The notes beneath the pieces were generated by a model. It searched no databases. It was not told the origin of the DNA and saw only the letters and a list, made by a program, of their open reading frames with translations. The translations under genes and the position numbers were made by a program. A stretch of 63,856 nucleotides of DNA, filler included, from Octopus bimaculoides (Eukaryota), in the NCBI RefSeq assembly GCF_001194135.2. It is 4 parts of 4 records of this genome, joined end to end, with 100 filler letters (N's around TTAATTAATTAA, not from the genome) between each part and the next. Parts side by side here need not be neighbours in the genome. Positions count along the whole stretch, not along the records: positions 42,294 to 60,925 come from NC_069002.1; positions 61,026 to 63,856 come from NC_069007.1; 2 more parts are not named here. One strand, 5' to 3'. This document shows, piece by piece, positions 51,540 through 63,856 of the stretch; position 1 is the first letter of the stretch; each line of letters starts with the position of its first letter.

Positions 51540-52120
51540 ATGCAGTACCAGGCAGTGACTCTCATGGCTTCTGATCTTAAATGAGTGGAAGTGTTATCAT
51601 GTACATATTTTGTCTTGGTATAAAAGGTGGGCTACAGTAAATATTCTGCTCAATACTGCAGATTTTCTTGTCGATTGCTTGACCATAACCAGTTGAGCAT
51701 GTCCCTCAGTGGCTGATGATATGTGCATCTCTGATCATGAGCAGGAGAAGTGGGGGAGCATCATAGCCATGTGTTGAGAGGAATTCTTTAGGATTTGAAT
51801 AATTCACCTCTAGAAACACGGGTGTTTCATTCATCATCCTTAAACAAACCTAATTCGGGGACCTTTGGAGTGGGATGGGCTACTCAACCGGAAGAAAATT
51901 CTAACTAGGTCCCACCTGCAAGGTCATGTGCTGTTTATCTTGATCTGAAATCACCATGTCATGCACATGTGGTTGTGACTCATGTACATAGTGTACCTTT
52001 ATCAGACAGGTAGTCATGATAGGTATATTAGGCTTCATATATTTGTATCTCAGTGTCACTTTGATGTCATGCATCATTCTCTCACCCAATAATAATAATA
52101 ATAATAATAACAACAACAAT
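51540..52120 (+). mobile_element. Unclassified interspersed repeat ending in (AAT)n
   Basis: Higher-GC segment with (AAT)n tail; recognised only as a recurrent octopus-like repeat. Confidence 0.4.
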
Positions 52121-52129
52121 AATGGTTTC

Positions 52130-52320
52130 AAATTTAGGTACAAGTTCAGTAATTTTAGGAGAGGTGATAAGTTGATTGCACTGACCTTAGAGTTCAACTG
52201 ATACTTATTTTATAGACTACAAAAGGATGAAAGGCAAAGTCAACCGCAGAACGTAAAGACAGACGAAATGCCACTAAGCATTTTGCCTGGCATGCTGACA
52301 ATTATGCCAACTCACTGCCT
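52130..52320 (-). mobile_element. SINE (family of 17850) inside an (AAT)n tract
   Basis: GGATGAAAGGCAAAGTC..GACGAAATGCCACTAAGCATTTTGCCTGG, with (AAT)n on both sides. Confidence 0.8.
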
Positions 52321-52439
52321 TAATAATAATAATAATAATAACAATGATAATAGAAAGAGTAGAAGGTAACCCAAAACCTCCACTGGCTACTATGCCGTAA
52401 GTACGGACATGAGGTTATATGTCAAATATAAATTTATGA

Positions 52440-52750
52440 AATAACAGCGTGAGTAAGGCAGGAACTGATAACAGTGAAGATCTCTCACCTGGCAGGTGGT
52501 CTACTGCACAGCAGAGTAGGCCTGGCTGTCATCTAGCTATTGTGGTATGAAAGAGAGGAGGAAGAGAGATCGACTGGATCAGGCTGAATGCAACTGTGAT
52601 GGAATGTTACATGCAAAGTGAACCTAGCAGACTTGGCTATATGGACAGAATGATAGAGATATAACTTGAAAAGGGAATGTTTGATGTTACTCGACAGAGA
52701 CTAAGCAATCAAGTAATAGACAGATAAAGAAGAAAAGGTTATATTACATA
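52440..52750 (+). mobile_element. R4/Dong-type LINE N-terminal fragment
   Basis: W...NATVMECY..SEPSR.GYM.RM.....EKGMFDVT.QRL.NQ, homologous to ~11170-11330. Confidence 0.7.
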
Positions 52751-52779
52751 GGCCAGAACAAACTTTCTGCTCCACCCAA

Positions 52780-53072
52780 TCATCATCATCATCATCGTTT
52801 AACGTCCGCTTTCCATGCTAGCATGGGTTGGATGATTTGACTGAGGACTGGTGGACCAGGTGGCTACACCAGGCTCCACTCTGATTTGGCAGAGTTTCTA
52901 CAGCTGGATGCCCTTCCTAATGTCAACCACTCCGAGAGTGTAGTGGGTGCTTTTACGTGCCACTGGCATGAAGGCCAGTCAGGCGGTACTGGCAACAGCC
53001 ATGCTCAAAATGGTGTATTTTACGTGCCATGCTCAAAATGGTGTATGTTACGTGCCACCTGCACAGGAGCCA
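52780..53072 (-). mobile_element. RTE-tailed short interspersed repeat with (GAT)n tail
   Basis: CATCATCGTTTAACGTCCGCTTTCCATGCTAGCATGG..GGATGCCCTTCCTAA; relatives at 43736, 53360, 55560(+), 57115, 58520. Confidence 0.8.
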
Positions 53073-56000
53073 GTCCATACACTACTTTGCATGAAAACTC
53101 ATTTTACTAGAAGGTACAGAAATAATTGCTTTAATGTGTACATCAATCTTAGACAACTTAATATATAATTACTAATTACATATAAACCATGGTAAATGTA
53201 GCAATTAACACTGGGGGAAAAACAGATGAATGTTATTAGAGATTGTTTCTATATGTTGGTAAACATAATGTCTATCGGGGAAATTGTCATTATTTCTGGT
53301 TCGCTTTGTTACTTTTTGGTTTCATTGACTTATATTTAATAAAGATACAATGAACCTTCATCATCATCATCATTTTAAAGTCCACTTTTCCATTCTTGCA
53401 TGGGTCAGATGGGGTTTATTGAGGCAGATTTTCTATGGATGGATGCCCTTCCTGTCACCAATCCTTACCTGTTTCTAAGCAAGGTAAATGACAAAACGTT
53501 TGCACAATATGAAGACAAGGATGGACGCACACATACACGTAAACACGCACACATATACATATATAAAATGACCTTCTTTATTTAATCACAGAGAAGAATC
53601 TTTAATTCTATTAATTAATTATTTTATTATCTTTTTTTTAAAAATCATACTTTGGTAGGGCTTCTACTGAGTGTCCTGAGTGTTTTTTTTTTTGTGGCAC
53701 AACCACTTGTGAGGTTGTAGGACCCTTCCTCCCTCTTTGAGCAAGAGGCGGAGTCCTACAGTCGAAAGGGCAGCCACTTCAGTCTACCAGGGTGGGGACA
53801 GGTTTCTATGTCTACTACATATTACACAGCATTGGATGGGGTGTGATAGGTGTGAAGTGGGAAGGAGAGATAAAGATGTGGGGGGATGAGGTGTCAGTGT
53901 GGACCCTAAGAAGAGAACAGGAAGGTAGGTGGGGCTACATAGGTAGCAGTTGCAGGAATTTATGGAGGTGGGGAACGGGTAGTATGGTGGGAATATACTG
54001 AAGATGAAGACAGGTTGAAGATGGTGGGAGTGACAAAAAGGATGGCAGTGGGGTAATGAACAAGGGTTGAAGATGGGTGTGATTGATGAAGGGGATAGCT
54101 GATGAACAGGGGTTGGAGGGAAGGGGTGATGGAAAGGGTCGGGTGGGGTGGTGATGAACAAGGATTATATATTTTGGTACTCTATTTTCAATGCTGAGTA
54201 CTCTGTTCTTTCATGTACACTGAAGTTCTAGGCATCCATACAGCGAATTTGATGGTATAAAAAACTCTTAAACATATTAGAGACTCCCAAATTTCAGCAG
54301 CAGATATTCAAGAAAAAAAAAAAAATTAGTGCATTAAATCATGAAATATTTAAAGCAAATTCACATATTGGACTTGGGGTGATTTTTCTGAAACATTTTC
54401 TGGGAAAGAAAGTTCATCTTACACNNNNNNNNNNTATCACCTTTAGTCGAGCAAATGGACCCCAGGACTTATTCTTTGGAAGCCTAGTACTTATTCTATC
54501 CGTCTCTTTGCCGAACCGCTAAGTTACGGGGACGTAAGCACACCATTATCGGTTGTCAAGCGATGCTGGGGGGACAAACACAGACACACAAACATATACA
54601 CACACACATACATATATATATATACATATATACGACAGGCTTCTTTCAGTTTCCGTCTACCAAATCCACTCACAAGGCTTTGGTCAGCCCGAGGCTATAG
54701 TAGAAGACACTTGCCCAAGGTTTCACGCAGTGGGAATGAACCCAGAGCCATGTGGTTAGTAAGCAAGCTACTTACCACATAGCCACTCCTGCGCCTATAG
54801 TTTATTTTTGTTTCAGTAACTGATAACATAAGGTAAAACAGTAAAAGGATGGAAATGTTCTTCATTTTTATTGTTGTTCCCTGTTAATGTTTGTAAGTGG
54901 GTCGATTTTTAACATGGTTTCTTCAAAAACAAAGTGATGTCACGCGACTGCTCTTTCTGCCATGACTCACTATCCTACTTTTAGTCACCTACGTAGATGT
55001 TTGTTACTAATCAAAAGATGCTGGTTAGTTTATCCACCCAAAGATGGAGTAGGACGATATCACACTGCATGGGAAGAAAGAAAAGGAAAGAAGGAAAGAA
55101 GGAAAAAAATACAAACAAAAATGAGAAAAGAAAATAGAGAAACGATAATGTGAAAAAAAAAAGGAAAAAGGAAGTAAGCAAAACATAAAGAGAGAGAGAG
55201 GAAGAGATAAAATGAAAGACAAATAGAGACAGAAAGAGAAAGGCAGAAAAATAAAAACCCAAAGGGCAAACAGCAGGGTATTAGATTGATGATCTAATGC
55301 CAAGTGCCAAACATAACTCATAAGGCTGGATAGAAAAGTTGACCCAGCAATTATAATTATAAAAATGAATTCAGAAATGTGGTCATCATTTATAATTAAC
55401 TAATTTATTACTAATAGATCTTTTTCTCTTTTTTTTTTCTTTCAATTAAGTCATTAGCCCTTTAGCATTTAAACCTGCCAAATATGGCCCAAATATTCAA
55501 ACTGGCCAGGTCTGGCCTATCACTCCTACACTACATGAAGGCTGATCTTAAGACACTATGTTTTATGAAGGAGATGACAAAGCACCAAGATATCTTGGCA
55601 CATTGCTGTACTCAAGGAAACTTAACCACCACAGCAAAACTGCTACTGGTGCTGATACCATATAAAAAGCACCGAATACACTCTGTAGAGTGGTTGACAT
55701 TAGAAAGGGCATCCGGCTGTAGAAATCATGCCAAAATAGAGCTTGGTGAAATATCACCAAGCATTTCACCTGGCGTGCTAATAATTATGCCAGCTGGCCA
55801 ATAATAGCAATAACAAATCACAAGCACCTTTATGCACTTATTCAACGTGCCAGTAACAACAGCCAAATCTCCCTTGATGCACAAAGTACCATCTTAATGA
55901 AACAAAAAGACACTGGATAATGTAATCCAAAATACACTATGCCTAAAAATATGATGGGGTGGTCATGGCAGGAATGCCTTTGAATATAGGATTTCTTGAA

Positions 56001-56741
56001 CAGGGCTAACCTTGGGTTAACAATGTCAGAAGCAGCATTATTAACAACAGCAAAAGGAGCTTCTATGTGGTCAGTCAACCAGCTAGAAATAACAGCCAAA
56101 TTTACTCCAAATCACACTCAATCATTTTAAAGAGAAAATGAGAACACATTGGGTAATGCAACTGAGGGTACACTATGCCTAGAACAAAAATTTAAAAAGT
56201 ACGGTTGGTCACAACTGAAATGTTTTTGATCATAAATCTGATCCACCAGGGTTTACTTGGGGATGAACAACAACAACAGCAACAAAAATAAAAGTATTAT
56301 AGGCATAGGCATGGCTGTGAGGTAAGCAGTTTGCTTCCCAACCACATGGCTTTGAGTTCAATTCTATTGTGTGGCACCTTGGACGAGTGACTTTTTCTAC
56401 AGCCCTGGGCCAACCAAAGCCTAGTGAATAGAATTGGTAGATGGAAACTGAAAGAAGTCTGTCGTGTGTATATACACGTGCATGTGCGCGTGTGTGTGTG
56501 TGCTTTTGTGTTTATGTCAGTAGCCCACTCCCAACTGTTTGACAACAGGTGTTGGTTTGCTTATATCCCTGTAACTTAGCAGTTCAGCAAAGGAGACTGA
56601 AAGACTAAGTACCAAACTCTAAAAAGAAGAAATATCAAGTACCAGGATCAATTTGTTTGACTAAAATCCCTTGAAGGCAGTGCAGTAGCATGGCCACAGT
56701 TCAATGACTGAAACAGGTAAAAGATAAGATTCCAGACTCAC

Positions 56742-56846
56742 TTTTACTTTGCTCAAAGCAGCCATCATGCTTGCAATATTTTTTCTTTCTTCTTCTAGTT
56801 TCTTTTTGTTCAACTTTAATTTCATCAACCACTTGTAATCCTCCAC
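56742..56846 (-). CDS. Mitochondrial SerRS-family (SLIMP-like/SARS2-like) coding exon 2
   Basis: TTTTCAATATCAG| VEDYKWLMKLKLNKKKLEEERKNIASMMAALSKVK |GTGAGT; 105 nt, phase 0; coiled-coil character. Confidence 0.85.
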
Positions 56847-57011
56847 CTGATATTGAAAAGAAAAACAAAAAAACATGCACCCGAATTAATTAATACAGAA
56901 TAATTTACATATTTTAGACAAGAAATTAAAAGATATAATTAATAGTTTTGATGTCAACCTGCCTGAGACTGTCCTTGTATCTATGATACAAACTTCCAAT
57001 AGTAAAGTGAT

Positions 57012-57700
57012 TAAAATTACCCCTTTAGCATTTAAACCAGCTACCATATTCTAATGTGTATAAGGAACCCTTCTTTATCAAAAATTAGGTTAAAAAGATA
57101 TGGGAATTTCTCATACATCATCATCATCATCGTTTAACATCCGCTTTCCATGCTAGCATGGGTTGGATGATTTGACTGAGGACTGGTGAAACCAGATGGC
57201 TACACCAGGCTCCAATCTGATTTGGCAGAGTTTCTACAGCTGGACGCCCTTCCTAACACCAATACATGGATAGCATTATAATCCTTTACAAAACCTTTTT
57301 CCAAATTCTAAGCCCCCGCAAATTAGGGGGGTTCCTTATACACATTAAAAATATGGTATATCCAACCCAAATAGCCTAGCTGTTTTATATTCAAACTGTC
57401 AGAACCTGGCCTCTTACACCTACCCTACAATGTCATTCTAAAAATAAACAATCTCATCATCGAAACCACAAAGCTACGAAATAATGCATGATTAATTCAA
57501 AACAATGTGAATAAATATTACTCTTTTACTTGTTTCAGTCATTTGACTGCGGCCATGCTGGAGAACTGCCTTTAGTCGAGCAAATCAACCCCAGGACTTA
57601 TTCTATCGGGCTCTTTTTGCCGAACTGCTAAGTTACGGGGACGTAAACAGACCAGCATCAGTTGTCAAGCGATGGTGGGGGGACAAACACAGACACACAA

Positions 57701-57753
<53 letters not shown>

Positions 57754-57953
57754 CAACGGGCTTCTTTCAGTTTCTGTCTACCAAATCCACTCACAAGGCT
57801 TTGGCCGGCCCGAGGTTATAGTAGAAGACACTTGCCCAAGGTGCCACGCAGTGGGACTGAACCCGGAACCATGTGGTTGGTAGGCAAGCTACTTACCACA
57901 CAGCCACTCCTGCGCCTATACATGACAGAAATAATCTGAATGCTAAAGGATTA
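57012..57953. mobile_element. piggyBac-like MITE containing a nested TIR MITE (57042-57358), an RTE-tailed repeat and a SINE
   Basis: Ends CCCTTTAGCATT...AATGCTAAAGGATTAA; uninterrupted copy at 59884-60112; inner TIR TACCATATT..TGTGTATAAGGAACCC. Confidence 0.75.
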
Positions 57954-58879
57954 AAGCCTTCCATCAAAATTTCATTTTAATTTATGATCCAAACACCAGC
58001 TTAATTATGACAAAGTTATACCATTAAATTCTTCATTATTTTCAAAATGAATTGAAACAAAGGAAGTGAATTTTTACCAATATATGGTAACAAAAAGGTT
58101 AAAGTGATCCAAATTAAAACCGTCCATAAAAATTTCATGTTAATTTAGGTACCAAAAACCAGTTTAATAATTACAACGTTATCTTAGATTTTGGCTGCTA
58201 TTTTTATTATAGCCTCCTCTGACTCACTTAAAGCCATCATGGGTAATTACACTTCCTATCACATCATTAATTGGCCTCTGTTCCACAGAGCTGACTGGTC
58301 ACATAGTAACTATCCCACCCCAACGCCCAATCCCACACTGACCACTGTGTTCTGTCCTTTCTCTGTATTACATCATCCCTCTGGAATCTTTTTTATGTTT
58401 ATGTCTTTCTTGCAGGTGCTTACTTGTAACAATTTAAACACAACATTAACAGCATCAACTCCACTAGTCTTGGAGGGCCTACAAAGGTCATGGACACTGC
58501 CGCTTCCTTCAGACTTCTTCATCCTTTTCTTTTTTCATCATTTCCATGCTGTCATGGGTTGAACGTTTTAACACAACCCAACAAGTCAGAAGACCACATG
58601 TCTTAATCTAGTGTTTCTGTTTAGGCACAGTTTCTATGGCTGGATGCCCTTCCTAACACCAACCACTTTATAGAGTGTGCTGGAGACTTTTTCAGGGCAC
58701 CAGCACTAGTGAGGTTGCCTTGTAACTTGCAAACCCATAGAGCCCCTTTGCCTGAGACGGAGAACAGAAGATAGAGTAATCACTTTAAGTGAGGTGTTGA
58801 TGATGAGAGGGGCAAGAACAGATTTAGTGTTAGGAGGAACCAATACCTCTTTGGTAAATTCATTGCCATGCTTTTTTAG

Positions 58880-59266
58880 GTGGAGGCGCAATGGCCCAGT
58901 GGTTAGGGCAGCGGACTCGCTGTCATAGGATCGCGGTTTCGATTCCCAGACCAGGCATTGTGAGTGTTTATTGAGCGAAAACACCTAAAGCTCCACGAGG
59001 CTCCAGCAGGGGATGGTGGCGAACCCTGCTGTACTCTTCCACCACAACTTTCTCTCACTCTTACTTCCTGTTTCTGTTCTGCCTGTAATTCAAAGGGCCA
59101 GCCTTGTCACACTGTGCCACGCTGAATATCCCCGAGAACTACGTTAAGGGTACACGTGTCTGTGGAGTGCTCAGCCACTTGCACGCTAATTTCACGAGCA
59201 GGCTGTTCCGTTGATCGGATCAACTGGAACCCTCGATGTTGTAAGCAATGGAGTGCCAACAACAAT
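58880..59266 (+). mobile_element. tRNA-derived SINE, paralogue of 32800-33180
   Basis: Box A/B intact; ATGCTTTT direct repeat on both sides. Confidence 0.85.
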
Positions 59267-59385
59267 GCTTTTAAACTGCAAAGTAATTACATTGTTGAAT
59301 ATTATTTCAAGTTTTTATTCATTGAATAAACACATCACCTTTTATTAACAGTCAATAAATGTGTAACATCTAAGCCATAACCTAC

Positions 59386-59712
59386 CAATTCTTCAATATC
59401 CATTTTCTCAATATTCCGCACTGCTACATTGGATTTCAGTTCATCTAGGTTTTGCAATTTTTCAGCCAAATTCAAAGCAACATTTACAGCAGGAGTACGA
59501 CTTTCAACAGAGCGATTCACATAGAGAGCAGACTCTGAAAGGAACCGAACAGGCTTAAGTCCACAATACCAAAATTTTCTGACATCATCAGTATGCTGTG
59601 GACTGGAACCATCCAACAGCTTGTTCCTTGGTGATAATGTTGTGCAGTGGTAAAAAATTCTTGACTTCTGATTCAGTAGAAGTTTTTGAGTTGATAGTCT
59701 GAATGCTGCCAT
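59386..59712 (-). CDS. Mitochondrial SerRS-family (SLIMP-like/SARS2-like) first coding exon
   Basis: MAAFRLSTQKLLLNQKSR.. is basic and acid-free (targeting-peptide-like); SALYV...L.L.E...N.DEL..NV..RN...DIEEL; donor G|GTAGGT; 327 nt, phase 0; upstream acceptor TTTTACAG at ~59859. Confidence 0.85.
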
Positions 59713-59883
59713 TTCATAAAAGAAAGTGCTTTTGGTATCAATACAATGAAAGATGACAATATTTGTTCACTACTAGCTGGGATCACTGTCAGGGATTGTA
59801 TTCATCCAGGAGGTAAATGCAGATAATCAGCTTGTAATTCCCTTGAAAAGACTTCATACTGTAAAATAAGGAAATAAAAGTGT

Positions 59884-60112
59884 TTAACCTTTTAGCATTC
59901 AAACTGGCCATATCCGGCCAAAATATTTTACTTGTTCAATGTTCAAATTGACCAGATCAGACCTCTTACACTTACCCTACAATGTCATTTTAAAAAACAA
60001 ACAATCACATCATCAATATCTGAAAACAACAAGATAATTCATTTATTAATTAAAAATAATGTCAATAAATAATCGTTGGAATTGACAGAATAATCTGAAT
60101 GCTGAATAGTTA
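59884..60112. mobile_element. piggyBac-like MITE
   Basis: TTAACCTTTTAGCATT...AATGCTGAATAGTTAA, with TTAA at both ends. Confidence 0.7.
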
Positions 60113-60559
60113 AAAAAAAACTAAAAACAATGTTTATTTTTTGTTTTTTTAGTTTTTACAATTACAGTTTCTTTCTTTTTTGTTACTCTTGGGCTCTCAA
60201 CCCATCAATGAGTTTCAGGTCTTTCTAACAAATACGGGTTCATCACCAATTTTCTGGCACCCTGGTTCCAGACCTATAATGAATTATCCATAAGACAAGT
60301 AATAATAATTCGGGATAATTCCTAGAAGACTGCTGCTGCCATGCTAATGACTTTTTTGCTACTCAACCTTCACAACACTCCTTAGTTTATTCATTAGACA
60401 CATGATGCTAAGTTTGAAACATTCTTCCAACTATAATAATATGAAGGCACAAATATAAAAATTAAAAACCACCTAACTTGCCCTTTTCATCATATTAGAT
60501 TTAGTTTTACAAAATTAAATATTGAAAAAAATGCATTTGGCCAAATTTGGACATATGAC

Positions 60560-60925
60560 AATTTAACATAGCCAAAACCCTCCCTGGCGAAGAATGTACA
60601 CCCCAACACAGATTAGTAGTCAGCGACTTCGAGATCAAGGCAATATGGGTGCCCAGAAGTAGACCGGCTTGGAGGAGAAGGGTATGGAAGCTTAAAGAGC
60701 CTGCAAATGGACAGAGACTTAGAGACAAGTTACTTGAGGCATTTGACGAAATAGAAGGGGATATAGCATCATACAACGTAGAAGACAATTGGAGATTTCT
60801 GCGGGACAACCTGTTGAGAGCCACCGACCAGATCTGTGGCTGGTGTAAAGTCCCCTCTCGACCCAGAGTAACGTGGTGGTGGAACAAGGAGATAGAGGGG
60901 GCTATTAGACAAAAGAAACAGGCTT
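60560..60925 (+). mobile_element. RTE-clade LINE fragment (end of APE plus linker)
   Basis: PGEECTPQHRLVVSDF..RRVWKLK..W..LRD.LL.A...ICG......TWWWN.EI..AI..KK.A. Confidence 0.85.
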
Positions 60926-60969
60926 NNNNNNNNNNNNNNNNNNNNNNNNNNNNNNNNNNNNNNNNNNNN

Positions 60970-60981
60970 TTAATTAATTAA
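60970..60981. other. Artificial TTAATTAATTAA spacer in a 100-nt gap
   Basis: 44 N + 12-mer + 44 N. Confidence 0.9.
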
Positions 60982-61039
60982 NNNNNNNNNNNNNNNNNNN
61001 NNNNNNNNNNNNNNNNNNNNNNNNNATATATATATGAAG

Positions 61040-61350
61040 GGGCGTGGGTTAGTGGTTAGTGTGTTGCACTCAGGATTGCAAAATCGTGGTTTCGATTCCC
61101 AGACTGCGCGCTGCGTTGGAAAGAATGAGGAAGAGAAAGGTAGTGGTAGGAAAAGATGTGTGTGTGTGGGTGTGGGTGCTTATTTGGGCTTGTCCTCAAC
61201 CACTTGAAAACCGGAGTTGGTTTGTTTACGTCTGCGTAACGTAGCGGTTACTGAAAAGCGAAAGGATAGAATAAGGAAAACGCTGAAATAAGTAATGGAA
61301 GCCATTCGTTCGACTAAGACTCTTCAAAGCCGTGCTCTATCAGTCAAGTT
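61040..61350 (+). mobile_element. Degenerate tRNA-derived SINE
   Basis: TAGTGGTTAG and GGTTTCGATTCCC boxes; 3' half resembles the 46005 family. Confidence 0.6.
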
Positions 61351-61364
61351 TCTGAAATAAATAA

Positions 61365-62758
61365 AACATGATACACACACACTCACACACACACACACTC
61401 ACACACACACACACACCTACACACACACAAACACACTTATATTTATACGCACATATAGATACACACACACACACCTACACACATGTTTTAGTGTCCTTTG
61501 TCTGAACACAAGACACCTAGAAGGAGAGACATTGAAGAGGTCGCAGGATGTATGATGATAGATTATACATATATACATACATACATGTGCACACACACAC
61601 AATTATACTCAGAAGTGACTGTAAAGCAGAATATATATATATATACATTAAACATACATGTATACACACACACGTGCACACACAAGCACACACATATTTA
61701 TATGTGTATATAGATAAGGAGGATGAGAGAAGAAGCCATAAGTAGAGGTCTCTAGAAAGTAGCCTACAGATATTTACTTTATACATTTATTAGATGTTTC
61801 GCGTGTGTATGGGTGTGGGTATGCTTGTGTGTGAGTGTGCTTGTGTGTGAGTGCCTGTATGTGCCTGCATCTGTGTCCCTGTAAATGTTCGTCTACGTCG
61901 TAAATGTTTCCTTTTCTGAGAAATTCTAACGTCTATGCAAGTGAATCTAACTATGGTTATATATGAAGGTATCCGGGCGTATGAGTAAGTGTACTTAGGT
62001 CTGTGGAGTTTGTACGTGTGCCAATCTGTGCGTCTGTGTGTGGATGTGTATGAGAGAGAGAAAGCGAGAAAGTGTATGTGTGTGTGTGTCTGTGTGTGTG
62101 TGTGTGTGTGTGTATACATATGACTGTATGCGCACGCTCGTGAACCTCTAGCAGTTAAGTGTGGTATGGACATTTTCTGCAATCTTCGTTGGATATTTGT
62201 GGCGGAGCGTAAAATATATACATATTGCGATTGCTCTGATCACACACACACACANNNNNNNNNNNNNNNNNNNNNNNNNNNNNNNNNNNNNNNNNNNNNN
62301 NNNNNNNNNNNNNNNNNNNNNNNNNNNNNNNNNNNNNNNNNNNNNNNNNNNNNNNNNNNNNNNNNNNNNNNNNNNNNNNNNNNNNNNNNNNNNNNNNNNN
62401 NNNNNNNNNNNNNNNNNNNNNNNNNNNNNNNNNNNNNNNNNNNNNNNNNNNNNNNNNNNNNNNNNNNNNNNNNNNNNNNNNNNNNNNNNNNNNNNNNNNN
62501 NNNNNNNNNNNNNNNNNNNNNNNNNNNNNNNNNNNNNNNNNNNNNNNNNNNNNNNNNNNNNNNNNNNNNNNNNNNNNNNNNNNNNNNNNNNNNNNNNNNN
62601 NNNNNNNNNNNNNNNNNNNNNNNNNNNNNNNNNNNNNNNNNNNNNNNNNNNNNNNNNNTATATATATATATCTATATGGCACTTTGGATCTTCGCTGACG
62701 TATTAATGGCTTCTATGTAAGTTATGTATTCAGATACTCACATAGACATGTATAAATA

Positions 62759-62811
<53 letters not shown>

Positions 62812-63090
62812 TGTGTGTATATGCATGCGTGTCCATATGGTTATATTGACGAGGAAATAACAGGCTGTATGTTCCACTGATCTGAACAATAAACAGCAAG
62901 GTAGACCAAACATCAGAGAAAATATTAAGCCAAGTAAAAAAATAAAAAATAAAAAAAAACAGAAAAACAAAAAAGGAAAATCAACCGCCATTTCTGTTCT
63001 GACCTCTCTCTGTCACAAAGTAAAAAAAAAACAAAGAATTATGAAGGAACTTACCAAAGAAATGAGAATGGAATGCACAGATACACACAC

Positions 63091-63188
<98 letters not shown>

Positions 63189-63383
63189 AGTCGATATGTT
63201 TATAAAATATAGTTATTCATGTATGTTGATATATATATATATATACATATACATATATTTTTATATGACTATATATATATTTGTATATATGTATATATAT
63301 ATATATATATATATACAACCAAACACACACAAACATATACATATATGTATGTACACATGTATGTAGGCGTATGTATATAAACT

Positions 63384-63452
<69 letters not shown>

Positions 63453-63808
63453 ATATAGTATGTAAGAGTGCTGCGCGTCTTTGTGTGTGTATGTGTGCAT
63501 GAACATGGTCTTCACACGGCATATATCGCAACTAAGATCTGATAAAACACAGAAGCTGATCAATAAGAAAATTGAAAAGTAATTAAATAAATAAATTAAA
63601 TTAATTAGAAATTTGACAGCTACGACTGTGTGAAGAAATAACAGAGATCAAGAGAAAATAACTAAATTTAAAAAAAAGACCCCTAAGAATCAAGGAAAAG
63701 TTGAACCGAAACTAGAGCAAGTATAATGCACTGCATACGATAAGGCAATCACTTATATAATATTAGTCTTATCCATATATATATATTTGTGTATGTGTGT
63801 GTAGATGA

Positions 63809-63856
<48 letters not shown>
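61365..63856. repeat. Microsatellite-rich terminal region ((CA)n, (TG)n, (AT)n) with a gap
   Basis: Direct reading. Confidence 0.9.

Noticed and set aside
63049-63090. Minus-strand G|GTAAGT donor as a possible non-coding first exon of the SerRS-like gene
   Set aside because: A single motif with no promoter evidence, lying across the 60926-61025 artificial join.

Overview
AT-rich, microsatellite-dense eukaryotic DNA. The SINE, MITE and LINE repertoire matches what I recall of octopus (cephalopod) genomes; species is inferred, not confirmed. Two partial host genes are visible. (1) + strand: a secreted PAN/Apple + C-type-lectin gene, with two phase-compatible exons (16212-16566, 23095-23274); its later exons were not found. 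(2) - strand: a mitochondrial seryl-tRNA-synthetase-family gene that most resembles SLIMP, with four clean phase-0 exons (59712-59386, 56846-56742, 47860-47780, 43554-43480; 196 aa). These are followed, after an apparent 31-nt intron, by a homologous-looking segment containing two in-frame TAG codons. The rest is mostly transposon debris: a ~9.4-kb same-strand stack of R4/Dong-type REL LINEs (5110-14540), RTE fragments, a mariner relic, tRNA-derived SINEs, nested MITEs and several Penelope-like (PLE) fragments. The most unusual signal is a set of at least six hammerhead-ribozyme (HHR) motifs or relics tied to PLE termini. Several lie in inverted pairs, and one (36800-36885, - strand) has its strands in a non-circularly permuted order. 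Three 100-nt gaps carry a central TTAATTAATTAA spacer, so these are artificial joins and long-range order across them is uncertain. All family assignments rest on motif recognition by eye; no searches were run.
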